Shown here: in pieces, positions 15,798 through 25,310 of the stretch
Layout of the letters: the number at the start of each line of letters is the position of its first letter
Numbering within the stretch: the stretch's first letter is position 1
Assembly: GCA_037190965.1 (NCBI GenBank)
Contig: JBBCKI010000041.1
Span: forward strand, 1-32,154
Source of the DNA: Chthoniobacteraceae bacterium
GTDB lineage: Bacteria > Verrucomicrobiota > Verrucomicrobiia > Chthoniobacterales > Chthoniobacteraceae
Length of the DNA stretch: 32,154 bases
Direction: 5' to 3'
Notes under the pieces: generated by a model
The model's input: only the letters and a program-made list of their open reading frames with translations
Databases searched by the model: none
What the model was told of the DNA's origin: nothing
Program-made: the position numbers and the translations under genes

Positions 15798-16559
15798 CTA
15801 ACAGCCCACCAGCGACTTCAGCGCCTCCGCATCCTGCAGAAAGGCTTCAGGCGCGTCATCTCTGACAAACTCAAGCATCGCGTCGCGGTCTCCGGGGATC
15901 CGGCTAATCGCTTCGAAATAACGTTTCCATGCGTCACGTCCTTCCGCGAGGGGGCCGCGTTCGCTCGAACGCGGCCAGTAAAAGACGTGGACATGGGTGA
16001 GTTGTGGCGCAAGCGCTTCGATTTCCCCAAGGCCGGTTTCCACCGATTGCTCCACGCGAGGCTGCCAGTAGGTTTTAAGGTTGGGATGCCCGACGTTGCT
16101 CCAAAGGGCGAGGGTCTCGGGGGCGTTGTCGGCGAGGGTGTTTGCGTGAAATTCCAGCGAAACGGTGATGCCGCTTACGGCGGCAAGCCCGGTGATTCGC
16201 CGGAGATCGTCGGTCACCTCGCGGCGGTAGGTTTCGTCAGCCTCAGCGGAGCCGTGCTTGCCCGCCCAGACGCGAATCGTCGGCGCGCCGAGCGTTTGGG
16301 CGGTTTCGAGCACCGAGTCAAAGCTTAACCCAGCGGCTTCGCTTTCTCCCGCGCGGTAGTAGGAGCCGTAAGCGGAGACCCGCAGCCCGTGGTCCTGCGT
16401 CAGGCGGCGCACTTCCAAGGCTCGGGCGGAATCGCCGTGCGGCACGTGGATATCGCCGCCCCATTCGATGCAGGAGAGCCCGGCCCCGGAAACCAGAGAG
16501 ACGATTTCCTGCGGGGAGAGCTTGCGAAAAGTGATGGAAACGAGTCCTGGAGAGATCAT
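15798..16559 (-). CDS. Sugar phosphate isomerase/epimerase (xylose-isomerase-like TIM barrel)
   Basis: GLVSITFR, IEWGGDIH, IRVWAG, SLEFH and MLEFV motifs typical of the AP-endonuclease-2/IolE-like family. Confidence 0.8.
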   Translation of the reverse strand: MISPGLVSITFRKLSPQEIVSLVSGAGLSCIEWGGDIHVPHGDSARALEVRRLTQDHGLRVSAYGSYYRAGESEAAGLSFDSVLETAQTLGAPTIRVWAGKHGSAEADETYRREVTDDLRRITGLAAVSGITVSLEFHANTLADNAPETLALWSNVGHPNLKTYWQPRVEQSVETGLGEIEALAPQLTHVHVFYWPRSSERGPLAEGRDAWKRYFEAISRIPGDRDAMLEFVRDDAPEAFLQDAEALKSLVGC

Positions 16560-16598
16560 GGGGCCGAGTTATAGATCGGCCCCTTCTGTCAAATCAAC

Positions 16599-17705
16599 TC
16601 AGTGTTCCGTCCGAAGCGTAATATCCTCGGTGCCAAACGGAATGCCGATCGGGCCGGCCGGTTTGAGCCGTTTTCTGCTGGGACCGGGCTTTTCGCGTTC
16701 CACCGGCTCGACGTCGAGGGTGACGGCCTCTTCGCCCCTCCATACGGTAACAGGGACGGAGTCTCCGGCTGTCAGGAAAAATGAGGCGTTGATGACATCC
16801 TCGGGCGTTTTCACGGCAACTTCGCCGATCTTGAGGATCAAATCGCCGGGCAGGATCCCTGCTTCGAGAGCGGGGGCTTCTTCCATCACGCCGGTTACCC
16901 GGGCGGTGGAACCTTGTTGGGCTTCTCCGGCTTCGGCGCGCTCCACCATTACTCCCAGCCAGCCCGGGCGGATCGCCCCGAAGCGGACGTAGTCGCGGTG
17001 AAGTTTCGCGACGGCTTCAATAGGAAGGGCGAAGCAGGAAGCGCCTCCATCAAGGCCGCTGATGACGACTCCCACCACCTCGCCGCGCATGTTGAGCAGT
17101 GGCGCGCCGCCTTCGCCGCGTTGGACCGGGACATTGGCGCGAATGTGCGTGGTGGCAAAAAAGCGATTGAGGTACTTGAGATTGAATCCGGCCACCATTC
17201 CGAAGTTGGGCGTCAGCGGCATATCCATCGGGTAGGCGATGGACATCACGGGGGCGGCGATCGAAAGATCGCTCGATTTTCCCATCGGAAGATACGGCAG
17301 AGCCTGGGCCGTTTTTTCGATCCGCAAAATGGCGATCCCGCTGCGGCAATCGGCCAGGAGACGCCGGGCGGGGTATTTTGCCTCCCCGCTGGAGACGATG
17401 ATGTCGGTGCTTTCGCCCCCCACCGAAAAGGAAGTAACCAGGGTGCCGCTCGGGTCGATGAAAAAGCCGGTGCCGCAAAGCTCTCCGTTCTTGTCCGAGG
17501 CCTCGATCTTGACCACGGCCCCCCGGGTGTTCGCAAAAACGGTGCGCACTTCCTCGGAGAGCGCGTCGGCGACACTCGTGGTGTGGGGAGTGGGTGCTTC
17601 AGTCTCCGCCTCCGCTTTGCGCACGGCGGCGAGGCTGAAAACCAGGCCCGCTCCGGTCAATGCAGCCAGGTAGGCGGCAAAGCTAAAAACTAAACGGCGG
17701 CTCAT
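16599..17705 (-). CDS. HtrA/DegP-family (S1C) trypsin-like plus PDZ protein, apparently catalytically inactive
   Basis: GTGFFID, PLLNMRGEVVG, GWLGV and PALEAGILPGDLI give the HtrA fold with one PDZ domain. Triad motifs read TSFSV, SGIAIL and GEGGAP. Confidence 0.85.
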   Translation of the reverse strand: MSRRLVFSFAAYLAALTGAGLVFSLAAVRKAEAETEAPTPHTTSVADALSEEVRTVFANTRGAVVKIEASDKNGELCGTGFFIDPSGTLVTSFSVGGESTDIIVSSGEAKYPARRLLADCRSGIAILRIEKTAQALPYLPMGKSSDLSIAAPVMSIAYPMDMPLTPNFGMVAGFNLKYLNRFFATTHIRANVPVQRGEGGAPLLNMRGEVVGVVISGLDGGASCFALPIEAVAKLHRDYVRFGAIRPGWLGVMVERAEAGEAQQGSTARVTGVMEEAPALEAGILPGDLILKIGEVAVKTPEDVINASFFLTAGDSVPVTVWRGEEAVTLDVEPVEREKPGPSRKRLKPAGPIGIPFGTEDITLRTEH

Positions 17706-18264
17706 AACTTGCTGGCCGCGTGTCCAGGATGTAGCGCGGATGCTGTCGCGCCTGGCCCGGCTGCTGACCGGGCTGGGTTACCCTGGGCGCTTCGTTGGGG
17801 AAAAGATCCGGAAAGCGGACCTCGGAATCGAGAGTGAACCGGGCGGGGACGTGGGCAGCCATGCGGACAGGGATCTCCACCGCCACCGGGGCCTGATTGG
17901 CCTGATGAGCTTGCGCCGTTAGAACCTGGGGCTGGGACAGATCCATGGCGATGGCCGGGAGCGACCCGCCGGGGTGCTGGAGCATGTTGGCCGTGAACAT
18001 CACCGCGATGACAAGGACCGCCGCGCTCGCGCCGCCGTAGGCGAACTGGGCCGGAGCGATCCGGGATGTGATCTCGCGGGTCAGGTCGCTGAATCGCGCC
18101 TGCATCCTCTCCAAGGCAATCCGCCATGCCGGGCGGCGCAACATCTCCGCTCGCTGTCGCTGCTGGAACTCCCGCAAAAAGTTTTCGAAATACTCAGGCG
18201 GCGGCTGTTCGTGGCGCTTCATGCGGAGCAGCTTCGAGATCGGGCTTAGGTCTTCTTCGGGCAT
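17683..18264 (-). CDS. Probable single-TM anti-sigma factor
   Basis: Directly downstream of the ECF sigma gene. Charged N-terminus (LLRMKRHEQPPPEYFENFLREF), one TM helix and a Pro/Gln-rich C-terminus. Confidence 0.65.
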   Translation of the reverse strand: MPEEDLSPISKLLRMKRHEQPPPEYFENFLREFQQRQRAEMLRRPAWRIALERMQARFSDLTREITSRIAPAQFAYGGASAAVLVIAVMFTANMLQHPGGSLPAIAMDLSQPQVLTAQAHQANQAPVAVEIPVRMAAHVPARFTLDSEVRFPDLFPNEAPRVTQPGQQPGQARQHPRYILDTRPASYEPPFSF

Positions 18265-18323
18265 GGCTGTGACTCTTGGCTGTTTTGGGCTCTTGATAAA
18301 ATTAAAGTTAAGATTTGGAGGTC

Positions 18324-18911
18324 TTAGCGGTGGAACTCCTCCAGGAAATTCTGCAATTGGCGGTGGGCGTAAAAAAGGCGTGACCGGACTGTGCCTTCAG
18401 AGATGCCGAGAATCTTGGCGATTTCCGCATGGGGCATCCCTTGAATGTCAAACATGGTGACCACAGCTCTATGATCATGAGACAGTTTCATCATGGCCTC
18501 GTTCAATCTCCGCTGGAGTTCCGCGAGGTCGGCTTCCCTCACCGGGTCGCTGCCGGTGGTCAGTTCGATGAATTCCTTGTTGTTCTGAACGCCGGATTCG
18601 GTGTCATCCAGGCTCATGTGATAACGCCTGCCGCGCTTCTTGAGGAAGTTGATCGACATGTTCACGGCGATCGAGTGGATCCAGGTGTAGAAGCTCGATT
18701 TGCCGCGAAACCCCGCGATGGAGCGGTATGCCTTGGCGAAGACATCCTGAAGCAGGTCGTTGGTGTCCTCGTGGTTGGAGGTCATGTTGTAGACCAGCCC
18801 GTAGAGGCGCGGGGAATACTTCACCACCAGGGCGTCGAAAGCCGCCGGATCGCCCGCTTGAGCGCGGGCGACCAGTTCGGCGTCTTCGTTGTGAGGGATC
18901 TCCTCGGCCAT
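18324..18911 (-). CDS. ECF RNA polymerase sigma factor (RpoE/SigW-like)
   Basis: DAELVARAQAGDPAAFDALV, FRGKSSFYTWI and EIAKILGISEGTVRSRL. ATG start at 18911. Confidence 0.93.
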   Translation of the reverse strand: MAEEIPHNEDAELVARAQAGDPAAFDALVVKYSPRLYGLVYNMTSNHEDTNDLLQDVFAKAYRSIAGFRGKSSFYTWIHSIAVNMSINFLKKRGRRYHMSLDDTESGVQNNKEFIELTTGSDPVREADLAELQRRLNEAMMKLSHDHRAVVTMFDIQGMPHAEIAKILGISEGTVRSRLFYAHRQLQNFLEEFHR

Positions 18912-19004
18912 GGTTGCCGAGGTTGCTATCAGTTTATCCCTCAACCCGGCAACAAGATTGCCAGCGGGGTTTGAAGCGAATGGTTGCACCAGGGGGAAGT
19001 GGGG

Positions 19005-19688
19005 TTAATTCCTGCGCTGCGAAATCATCAGGAGGTAGAGGAGGTTCCCGATCGCCGCGACAAAGGCCGCCACGTAGGTCAGCGCGGCTGCGTTGAGCAC
19101 TCGGTTGACGCCCGTGGCTTCGGCTCCCGGCTGGATGATGCCCATCTGGCCCAGAATGATTTTGGCCCGGCGGGAGGCGTCAAACTCCACCGGCAGGGTG
19201 ATCAGCGAGAAGAGGGTGATGACGATGTAGCAGAGAATGCCGATCTTGATGAGCCCGAAGAGCCCGAAAATGAACCCGCCGAAAATGACAAAGGGCAGAA
19301 TCTGCGAGGCAAACTGGGTGACCGGCACAATGGCCATGCGCGCCTTCAGCGGGGCGTAGGCACGGGCATGCTGGATGGCGTGTCCCGTCTCGTGCGCGGC
19401 CACCCCGAGGGCGGCGACGGAGGGGTTGTGATAGACGTCCGTGGAAAGGCAGAGCCGTTTGTGCACCGGGTCGTAATGATCTCCCAGCATGCCGTTGATT
19501 TCCGCCACCTGCACGTCATGGATGCCCGCGGCGTCCAGAATATGTCTGGCGGTTTCGGCCCCCGTCATGTTGGAGGTGGCGCGGACCTGGCTGTAGCGGG
19601 AAAACGCGCTCTTCACCCGGAACTGAGCCCAGAGACCGAGCAGCATCGGGACGATGATCAGGAGGATGTAGAAAGAGAAATTTTGCAT
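19005..19688 (-). CDS. Membrane zinc metallopeptidase (YugP/Zn_peptidase_2 family)
   Basis: DHYDP, AAHETGHAIQH, TLPVEFDASRRA and AAALTYVA motifs. Confidence 0.92.
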   Translation of the reverse strand: MQNFSFYILLIIVPMLLGLWAQFRVKSAFSRYSQVRATSNMTGAETARHILDAAGIHDVQVAEINGMLGDHYDPVHKRLCLSTDVYHNPSVAALGVAAHETGHAIQHARAYAPLKARMAIVPVTQFASQILPFVIFGGFIFGLFGLIKIGILCYIVITLFSLITLPVEFDASRRAKIILGQMGIIQPGAEATGVNRVLNAAALTYVAAFVAAIGNLLYLLMISQRRN

Positions 19689-19828
19689 CGGATACAAAGG
19701 TCGGATGATTGTCAGACAACAAAGGGGCCCCTGGCGTTCAACCAAGGGGTTAAAATACCCCCGGGTTTTCAGGGTGGCAAGCGTTCCGGGCGTTGCCGTT
19801 TGGCGCAAAACGTGAATACTCGGGGTTC

Positions 19829-21457
19829 ATGCATACCTGGCTGCTCGATGGTTTCGTCATTTTCGCGTACTTCCTGGCAGTGATCGGGATTGGCCTCTAC
19901 AAAGGCCGTGGGAGCAAAGACATGGAGGCCTTTGCGGTGGGGGATCGCAACATCCCGTGGTGGGCGGTGCTCGCCTCCATCATCGCGGCGGAGACCAGCG
20001 CCGCCACCTTTCTTGGCGCTCCGGGGGAGGGGTACAACCACCGCAACTTTCTCTACGCGCAGATGGCGCTCGGCACCGTGCTGGCGCGCGTGTTCATTGC
20101 CTATATTTTCATCAAGCCGTACTACGATTATCGGGTCATCTCCATTTACGAGTTCCTGAGGATCCGGTTTGGGGAAACCACGAAAAACTGGGCTTCCGCG
20201 GTGTTCCTCGTCACGCGCGCGCTGGCAAGCGGCACCCGGCTCTATGTGGCGGCGATCATCCTGGTGATCGGCTACGAGATGTACACCGGGGAAACGCTGA
20301 CGATGACCCAGCAACTGCTCACCTACGTCGCCGCGCTCGCTTTTCTGACGATCGCCACGGCCATTTACACCACCCTGGGCGGGATCAAGGCGGTGGTCTG
20401 GACCGATGTTATCCAGGCGTCGGTGATGTTCGGTGGGTTGGGCTTCGCCATCTGGTCGTTGCTCGGGCACACCCCCGGAGGATGGCGCGGCGTACAGGGG
20501 CTGCTCACCGACTCCAAGGACCTGATCTTTTTCGATACGGGCGTCGATTCCAATCTCTCCTTCATGCAGAACGTGCGGGCGAATCTGGAGTCCAACTACA
20601 CGATCTGGGCGGCGATTCTCGGCGGGGGATTCCTGACCATGGCCACGCACGGCACCGATCAGGACATGGTGCAGCGAATGCTGACGGCGAAAAATTATCA
20701 CAGGAGCCGTCTGGCGGTGATCCTTTCGGGCCTTGCGGATATTCCCCTGGTCCTATGTTTCCTGCTGGTCGGGATTCTTCTCTGGGTCCACTACGGGGTC
20801 GCGGGAAAGGCAAATCCGTTCGCCTACTACATCATGAACGAAATGCCGCCCGGCCTTCGGGGGTTGCTGGTGGCGGGGGTCTTCGCGACGGCGATGGGTT
20901 CTCTCTCCACCGCGCTCAATGCGCTGGCCACGAGCTTCACGGAGGATTGGTACAAGCCTTATATCAGGCCCGATGCGACCCCTTGGCAGGTGGTGACCGC
21001 CGCGCGCTGGAGCACGGTGGTGTTCTCCATTCTTCTGATCGTGATCGGGGCGCTCACGGCCTATGCCGTGTTGATCCTCAAATCGCAGATCATCCCGATT
21101 GTCCTCGGGATCTTCGGTTACACCTATGGCTCGCTGCTCGGGGTCTTTCTGGTGGGGATGTTGACGCGGACGCGTGGGAACGACATTGGGAACCCGGTGG
21201 CAATGATCATCGGTTTTCTTGTCGTCGCCCTCTACAGCGGGTTGCACAACGATATCTGGAGGTTGCTCCTGGCCAATCAGGAGGCGGTGCTATGGTCGCC
21301 GGGCTGGCTCCCCACCGTGGGATTCCCGTGGCGAATCACCATCGGCACGATCATCACTTTCGCCATCGCGCTCCTTTTCCGCACCCCGGAATCGCGGGTA
21401 CGCGCGGCGAGCGAGCATGTGCGCTCGCAAAAGGCGGATGGCACTCTCGACGCGTGA
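19829..21457 (+). CDS. Sodium:solute symporter (SSS family)
   Basis: SIIAAETSAATFLG, GGIKAVVWTD, GTDQDMVQR and AMGSLSTALNALA motifs. About 13 TM helices. Confidence 0.93.
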   Translation: MHTWLLDGFVIFAYFLAVIGIGLYKGRGSKDMEAFAVGDRNIPWWAVLASIIAAETSAATFLGAPGEGYNHRNFLYAQMALGTVLARVFIAYIFIKPYYDYRVISIYEFLRIRFGETTKNWASAVFLVTRALASGTRLYVAAIILVIGYEMYTGETLTMTQQLLTYVAALAFLTIATAIYTTLGGIKAVVWTDVIQASVMFGGLGFAIWSLLGHTPGGWRGVQGLLTDSKDLIFFDTGVDSNLSFMQNVRANLESNYTIWAAILGGGFLTMATHGTDQDMVQRMLTAKNYHRSRLAVILSGLADIPLVLCFLLVGILLWVHYGVAGKANPFAYYIMNEMPPGLRGLLVAGVFATAMGSLSTALNALATSFTEDWYKPYIRPDATPWQVVTAARWSTVVFSILLIVIGALTAYAVLILKSQIIPIVLGIFGYTYGSLLGVFLVGMLTRTRGNDIGNPVAMIIGFLVVALYSGLHNDIWRLLLANQEAVLWSPGWLPTVGFPWRITIGTIITFAIALLFRTPESRVRAASEHVRSQKADGTLDA

Positions 21458-21539
21458 GTTTTCTCACCTTCAGAAGAGGAATGGGACAACCCCCGATGGG
21501 GAGGGGAAAAACAGGGTCGGAGAAGCAAGATATTATTTT

Positions 21540-21938
21540 CCGCATCCATAAATAAAGTTGCCCGCGAACCCGGCTTTTTTCTTGTCCGGTTTTTGGCCGC
21601 TGACTAATCTCACGCCGCTCGGCGGGCGAGGGTTGAATCGCCTGTGAATAACTTGTGAACAAGAACGAAAAACAGATCCAAAAGACGCAGAACCTTCTTT
21701 TCGAAGGCTTCGGAGTCGCCTGTGGCGTGGAAACCCTTTCGGGAAGCCTGTTCCACGCTTTCGGTCTTTGTAACCTGTTCATTTACAGAGGGTTCAAGAA
21801 ATGTTTCTCAAGCCTGCCGGGGTGGGGAATAAGCGCGGCGTCACACCGTTGTCACGCGGATTTCACCAGGGTGTCACAAAGGGAGCACGGGTCCCGCCAA
21901 ACGGGAGGGTATCTCTAACGACTGTGGATAAATCACTT
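21540..21938. other. Candidate oriC / dnaA promoter region with DnaA boxes
   Basis: TGTGAATAA (21643-21651), TGTGAACAA (21654-21662, one mismatch) and a perfect TGTGGATAA (21923-21931) in a lower-GC intergenic region upstream of dnaA. Confidence 0.7.
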
Positions 21939-23459
21939 ATGCAAGAAAACTTCGCTTTGATCTGGAAGCACATCGCGGACGCAATCCGACCCGAAGTGAG
22001 CGCCGATACTTTCCAGCGTTGGTTCAAGGCGATTCAGATGCTTCACGCCGACGAGGCGGAGATCACCTTGCGCGTCCCCAATAACATCTATCAGCTTTGG
22101 ATCGAGACCAACTACATGGGGCTGCTTCAGTCCGCGATCCTGATGGTCCTGGGCAGCCCGCGTAAGATCAACTTTACCGTTGGCGACGGGGCGGAAAAAA
22201 ACGCCACTGCCGATGACGAATCCGACGCGGACTCTTCGCGCTCCGCCGCCAGCCTCGACGCCGCTCAGCATGAAGAGGGTGGTGCCGAATCGCAGGGGGA
22301 GCTGGAGATCGATTCTTTCGGAGGGGCAGCCGTTTCCGCAGTGGGGGGACGGGGCGGAGTGGTTCGTGCTTCCCGGGCCGGAGCCAATGCTTCCAGAGCG
22401 GCGGGTTCCGACTCCGGCGAGCCAAAAGCAACGCCTGCCTCCGGGTTGAACCCGCGTAATACCTTCGATTCCTTTGTGGTCGGTGCCAACAATCAGTTTG
22501 CCCATGCCGCCGCGTTGGCCGTGGCAAAGGCTCCCGCCAAAACCTATAACCCGCTCTTTGTTTATGGTGGGGTCGGGCTGGGCAAGACCCACCTGATGCA
22601 CGCCATCGGCCACCATGTTTCGACCAGCAAGAAGGGGTCGAAAATTCTCTACATTTCCAGCGAGCGCTTCACCAACGAGTTCATCGACGCCATCCAGAAC
22701 GGCAAGCTCGTCAGGTTCCGCAACCGCTACCGCCAGGCCGACATTCTGCTCATCGACGACATCCAGTTCCTGGCGGGCAAGGAGCGTTCGCAGGAGGAGT
22801 TTTTCCACACCTTCAACGCCCTCTTCGACGGGCATAAGCAGATCATCCTCTCCAGCGACCGGCCGCCGAGCGAAATCCAGAACCTGGAGCAGCGTCTTGT
22901 CTCGCGGTTTGAATGGGGGCTTACGGCCGAGCTTCAGCCGCCCGATATCGAAACACGCGTCGCCATTCTTCGCAAGAAGGCACAGTCGCTCCACATCAAG
23001 GTCGACAGCTCCATCCTGGAATTTCTCTCGCAGCGCATCCGCACCAACGTCCGCCGCCTGGAAGGGGCGTTGATGCGCGTTGCCTCCTTTGCTTCGCTGA
23101 GCGGCAAGGAGCTGACTCCCGAAGCCGTGGAGCATCTCCTCAAGGATATCCTTCAGGAGGAGGCGCGCCGCACCGTCACGATTGACCAGATCCAGCGCAA
23201 GGTGGCCGAGCACTTCGACATCCGGCTTGCCGACATGACCAGCAAGCGCCGCCCGGCCAACATTGCGCTTCCTCGGCAAGTGGCGATGTATCTCGCCCGC
23301 GAACTCACAAAGACCTCCCTGAGCGAAATCGGCGACGCCTTCGGGGGCCGCGACCATGGCACCGTCCTACACGCGCACCGGCTGGTGAAAGGAAAAATCG
23401 GCGAAGACGAGAAGCTGCGGCAGGTGGTTTCGTTCCTCGACAATCAGCTCAATCGCTGA
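21939..23459 (+). CDS. dnaA: Chromosomal replication initiator DnaA
   Basis: YNPLFVYGGVGLGKTHL, LLIDDIQF, QEEFFHTFN, RLVSRF and FGGRDHGTV. ATG start at 21939. Confidence 0.98.
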   Translation: MQENFALIWKHIADAIRPEVSADTFQRWFKAIQMLHADEAEITLRVPNNIYQLWIETNYMGLLQSAILMVLGSPRKINFTVGDGAEKNATADDESDADSSRSAASLDAAQHEEGGAESQGELEIDSFGGAAVSAVGGRGGVVRASRAGANASRAAGSDSGEPKATPASGLNPRNTFDSFVVGANNQFAHAAALAVAKAPAKTYNPLFVYGGVGLGKTHLMHAIGHHVSTSKKGSKILYISSERFTNEFIDAIQNGKLVRFRNRYRQADILLIDDIQFLAGKERSQEEFFHTFNALFDGHKQIILSSDRPPSEIQNLEQRLVSRFEWGLTAELQPPDIETRVAILRKKAQSLHIKVDSSILEFLSQRIRTNVRRLEGALMRVASFASLSGKELTPEAVEHLLKDILQEEARRTVTIDQIQRKVAEHFDIRLADMTSKRRPANIALPRQVAMYLARELTKTSLSEIGDAFGGRDHGTVLHAHRLVKGKIGEDEKLRQVVSFLDNQLNR

Positions 23460-23600
23460 CGAGGCGACCGCGAATCCAAAAAAATTGACTTGAACCGCCG
23501 CAAAACAGGGTGCGACTTCTTGACACAAGGGCAGCCATCGCGATGATCCACAAGATTACGCCGTGGCTCCCGAGCCCGCGAACCTGATCCCATCACTTTT

Positions 23601-24695
23601 ATGAAGTTCAGCCTCACCAAAGAGAAGCTCCTCGAAGGTCTGCAAACCGTGCAGAACGTGGTCAGCACCCGCACCACACTACCGATTCTTTCGAACGTGC
23701 TGTTGCAGGCAGCCGATGGTCTGCTCCGGTTTACTACCACCGATCTCGATGTGGGGATTCGCGCCGCCGTGGAGGCCGACGTCGAGCGCCCGGGCGCGAC
23801 CACGCTGCCTGCCCGCCGCCTCGCGACGATCGTGCGTGAACTTCCCGCTGGGGAGATCACCGTCGAGGTCGATTCCAAGAACATCGCTTCCATCAAGTGC
23901 GGTTCCAGTTTCTTCAAGATGTACGGCCTGCCGGAAGAGGAGTTTCCGCCGCTGCCGAAGTTCGAGAACGCCAAGACCTTCACCATCCGCCAGAAGGATC
24001 TCCGCGACGGACTTAAGAAAACCGCCTACGCCATCTCCAACGACGAGACGCGTTACGTCCTCAATGGTATTCTCTGCTCCTTCAAGGAAAACAAGCTCAC
24101 GCTCGTCGCCACGGACGGCCGCCGCCTCGCCCTGGTGGATATCGAGCTCGAATTCCCACGCAGCCACGAGACCGACATCATCGTGCCGACCAAGACGGTC
24201 GTTGAACTGCAACGCCTTCTCTCCGACGACGGCGAGATCAAGGTGAGCGTCGGCGAAAACCAGGTCGCCTTCGAAGCCAACGGCACGCTGCTGGTTTCCA
24301 AGCTGGTCGAAGGGAACTACCCGAACTACCGGCAGGTCATCCCCGGCGAAACCAAGGAACGCGTCACGCTGGAGCGCGAAATTTTCTACAACGCCGTCCA
24401 CCGCGTTTCGCTTCTCGCGAGTGAGAAGAGCAATTCCGTGAAGCTGGTCTTCTCCAAGAACAATCTGGAGATCGCCGCCAACACCCCGGAAGTCGGCGAA
24501 GCCCGCGAGACGCTGCCCATTCAATACAAGGGCCGCGAGTTCTCGATCGCCTTCAACCCGGAGTTCCTCATGGCTCCGCTCAAGAACCTTTCCGAAGACG
24601 AGGTCTATCTCGACCTTATCGACGAAATGAGCCCCGGGCTTATCAAGATCCAGGGAGCGTTCCTGTACGTCTTGATGCCGATGCGCATCAGCTAA
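23601..24695 (+). CDS. dnaN: DNA polymerase III beta sliding clamp
   Basis: TTLPILSNVL, DETRYVLNG, VATDGRRLA and YVLMPMR. Follows dnaA. Confidence 0.98.
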   Translation: MKFSLTKEKLLEGLQTVQNVVSTRTTLPILSNVLLQAADGLLRFTTTDLDVGIRAAVEADVERPGATTLPARRLATIVRELPAGEITVEVDSKNIASIKCGSSFFKMYGLPEEEFPPLPKFENAKTFTIRQKDLRDGLKKTAYAISNDETRYVLNGILCSFKENKLTLVATDGRRLALVDIELEFPRSHETDIIVPTKTVVELQRLLSDDGEIKVSVGENQVAFEANGTLLVSKLVEGNYPNYRQVIPGETKERVTLEREIFYNAVHRVSLLASEKSNSVKLVFSKNNLEIAANTPEVGEARETLPIQYKGREFSIAFNPEFLMAPLKNLSEDEVYLDLIDEMSPGLIKIQGAFLYVLMPMRIS

Positions 24696-24714
24696 GAATA
24701 GTGGAGAAGCAAGC

Positions 24715-24743
24715 AGCCGCGGGCCCTTTCGCCGCGGCTTGTT
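24715..24743 (+). terminator. Possible terminator hairpin after dnaN
   Basis: AGCCGCGG-loop-CCGCGGCT followed by only a weak U tract (TGTT). Confidence 0.35.
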
Positions 24744-24749
24744 AAAGGA

Positions 24750-24944
24750 ATGAAAGAGTACAAGGTTCTCACGCAGAAGGATAAGTGGTTCAGCAGCAAG
24801 TTTGACCCGGAGAAGCTGGAGCAAGCCCTGAACGCTTATGCCGCACAAGGGTGGAAGGTCACTGCTGCAACCACAGCGCAGATTCCGGGGGTGCTTTCAG
24901 CTTCGCGGGAAGAAATGATCGTCATCCTCGAACGCGATAAGTAG
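24750..24944 (+). CDS. DUF4177-like small protein
   Basis: MKEYKVL...LEQALNAYAAQGWKV...VILER pattern. AAGGA RBS upstream. Confidence 0.8.
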   Translation: MKEYKVLTQKDKWFSSKFDPEKLEQALNAYAAQGWKVTAATTAQIPGVLSASREEMIVILERDK

Positions 24945-24957
24945 GCGCGACAAGTAG

Positions 24958-25269
24958 ATGTATATTTCCGAGTACAGGGGCGTTTACTTCATTGAGGGCG
25001 CTCCCCCGGAGGCGGCGTTCATCGAAAGCTTCACCAGCGAACTGAATGGGTTCTTCTCCCAGAACCACTTGAAGTCACTGGATCACGTCAAAGAGAAGAT
25101 GCGCGACTACGTCCTGTCCAAAGGCGGGAATTGCGTCATCGATTTCAAATACGGCCAACGCTCCACTTTCTGGAAGAGCTTGTTAGGGATGGATAATGTG
25201 ATGTGGTACGGCTCCGGGAGCGTCGCGAGGATCGATCCGGCGGTTTTGGTGAAATACAAAAAGGCTTGA
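24958..25269 (+). CDS. Small hypothetical protein, YbjQ-like fold suspected
   Basis: 103 aa. KEKMRDYVLSKGGNCVIDF...YGSG resembles the YbjQ helix-G-x-N-x-V-I pattern. Confidence 0.6.
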   Translation: MYISEYRGVYFIEGAPPEAAFIESFTSELNGFFSQNHLKSLDHVKEKMRDYVLSKGGNCVIDFKYGQRSTFWKSLLGMDNVMWYGSGSVARIDPAVLVKYKKA

Positions 25270-25310
25270 GCGCCCTCGCGGCCTTGAGAAGGGCATAAGG
25301 ACGCCTTCAA

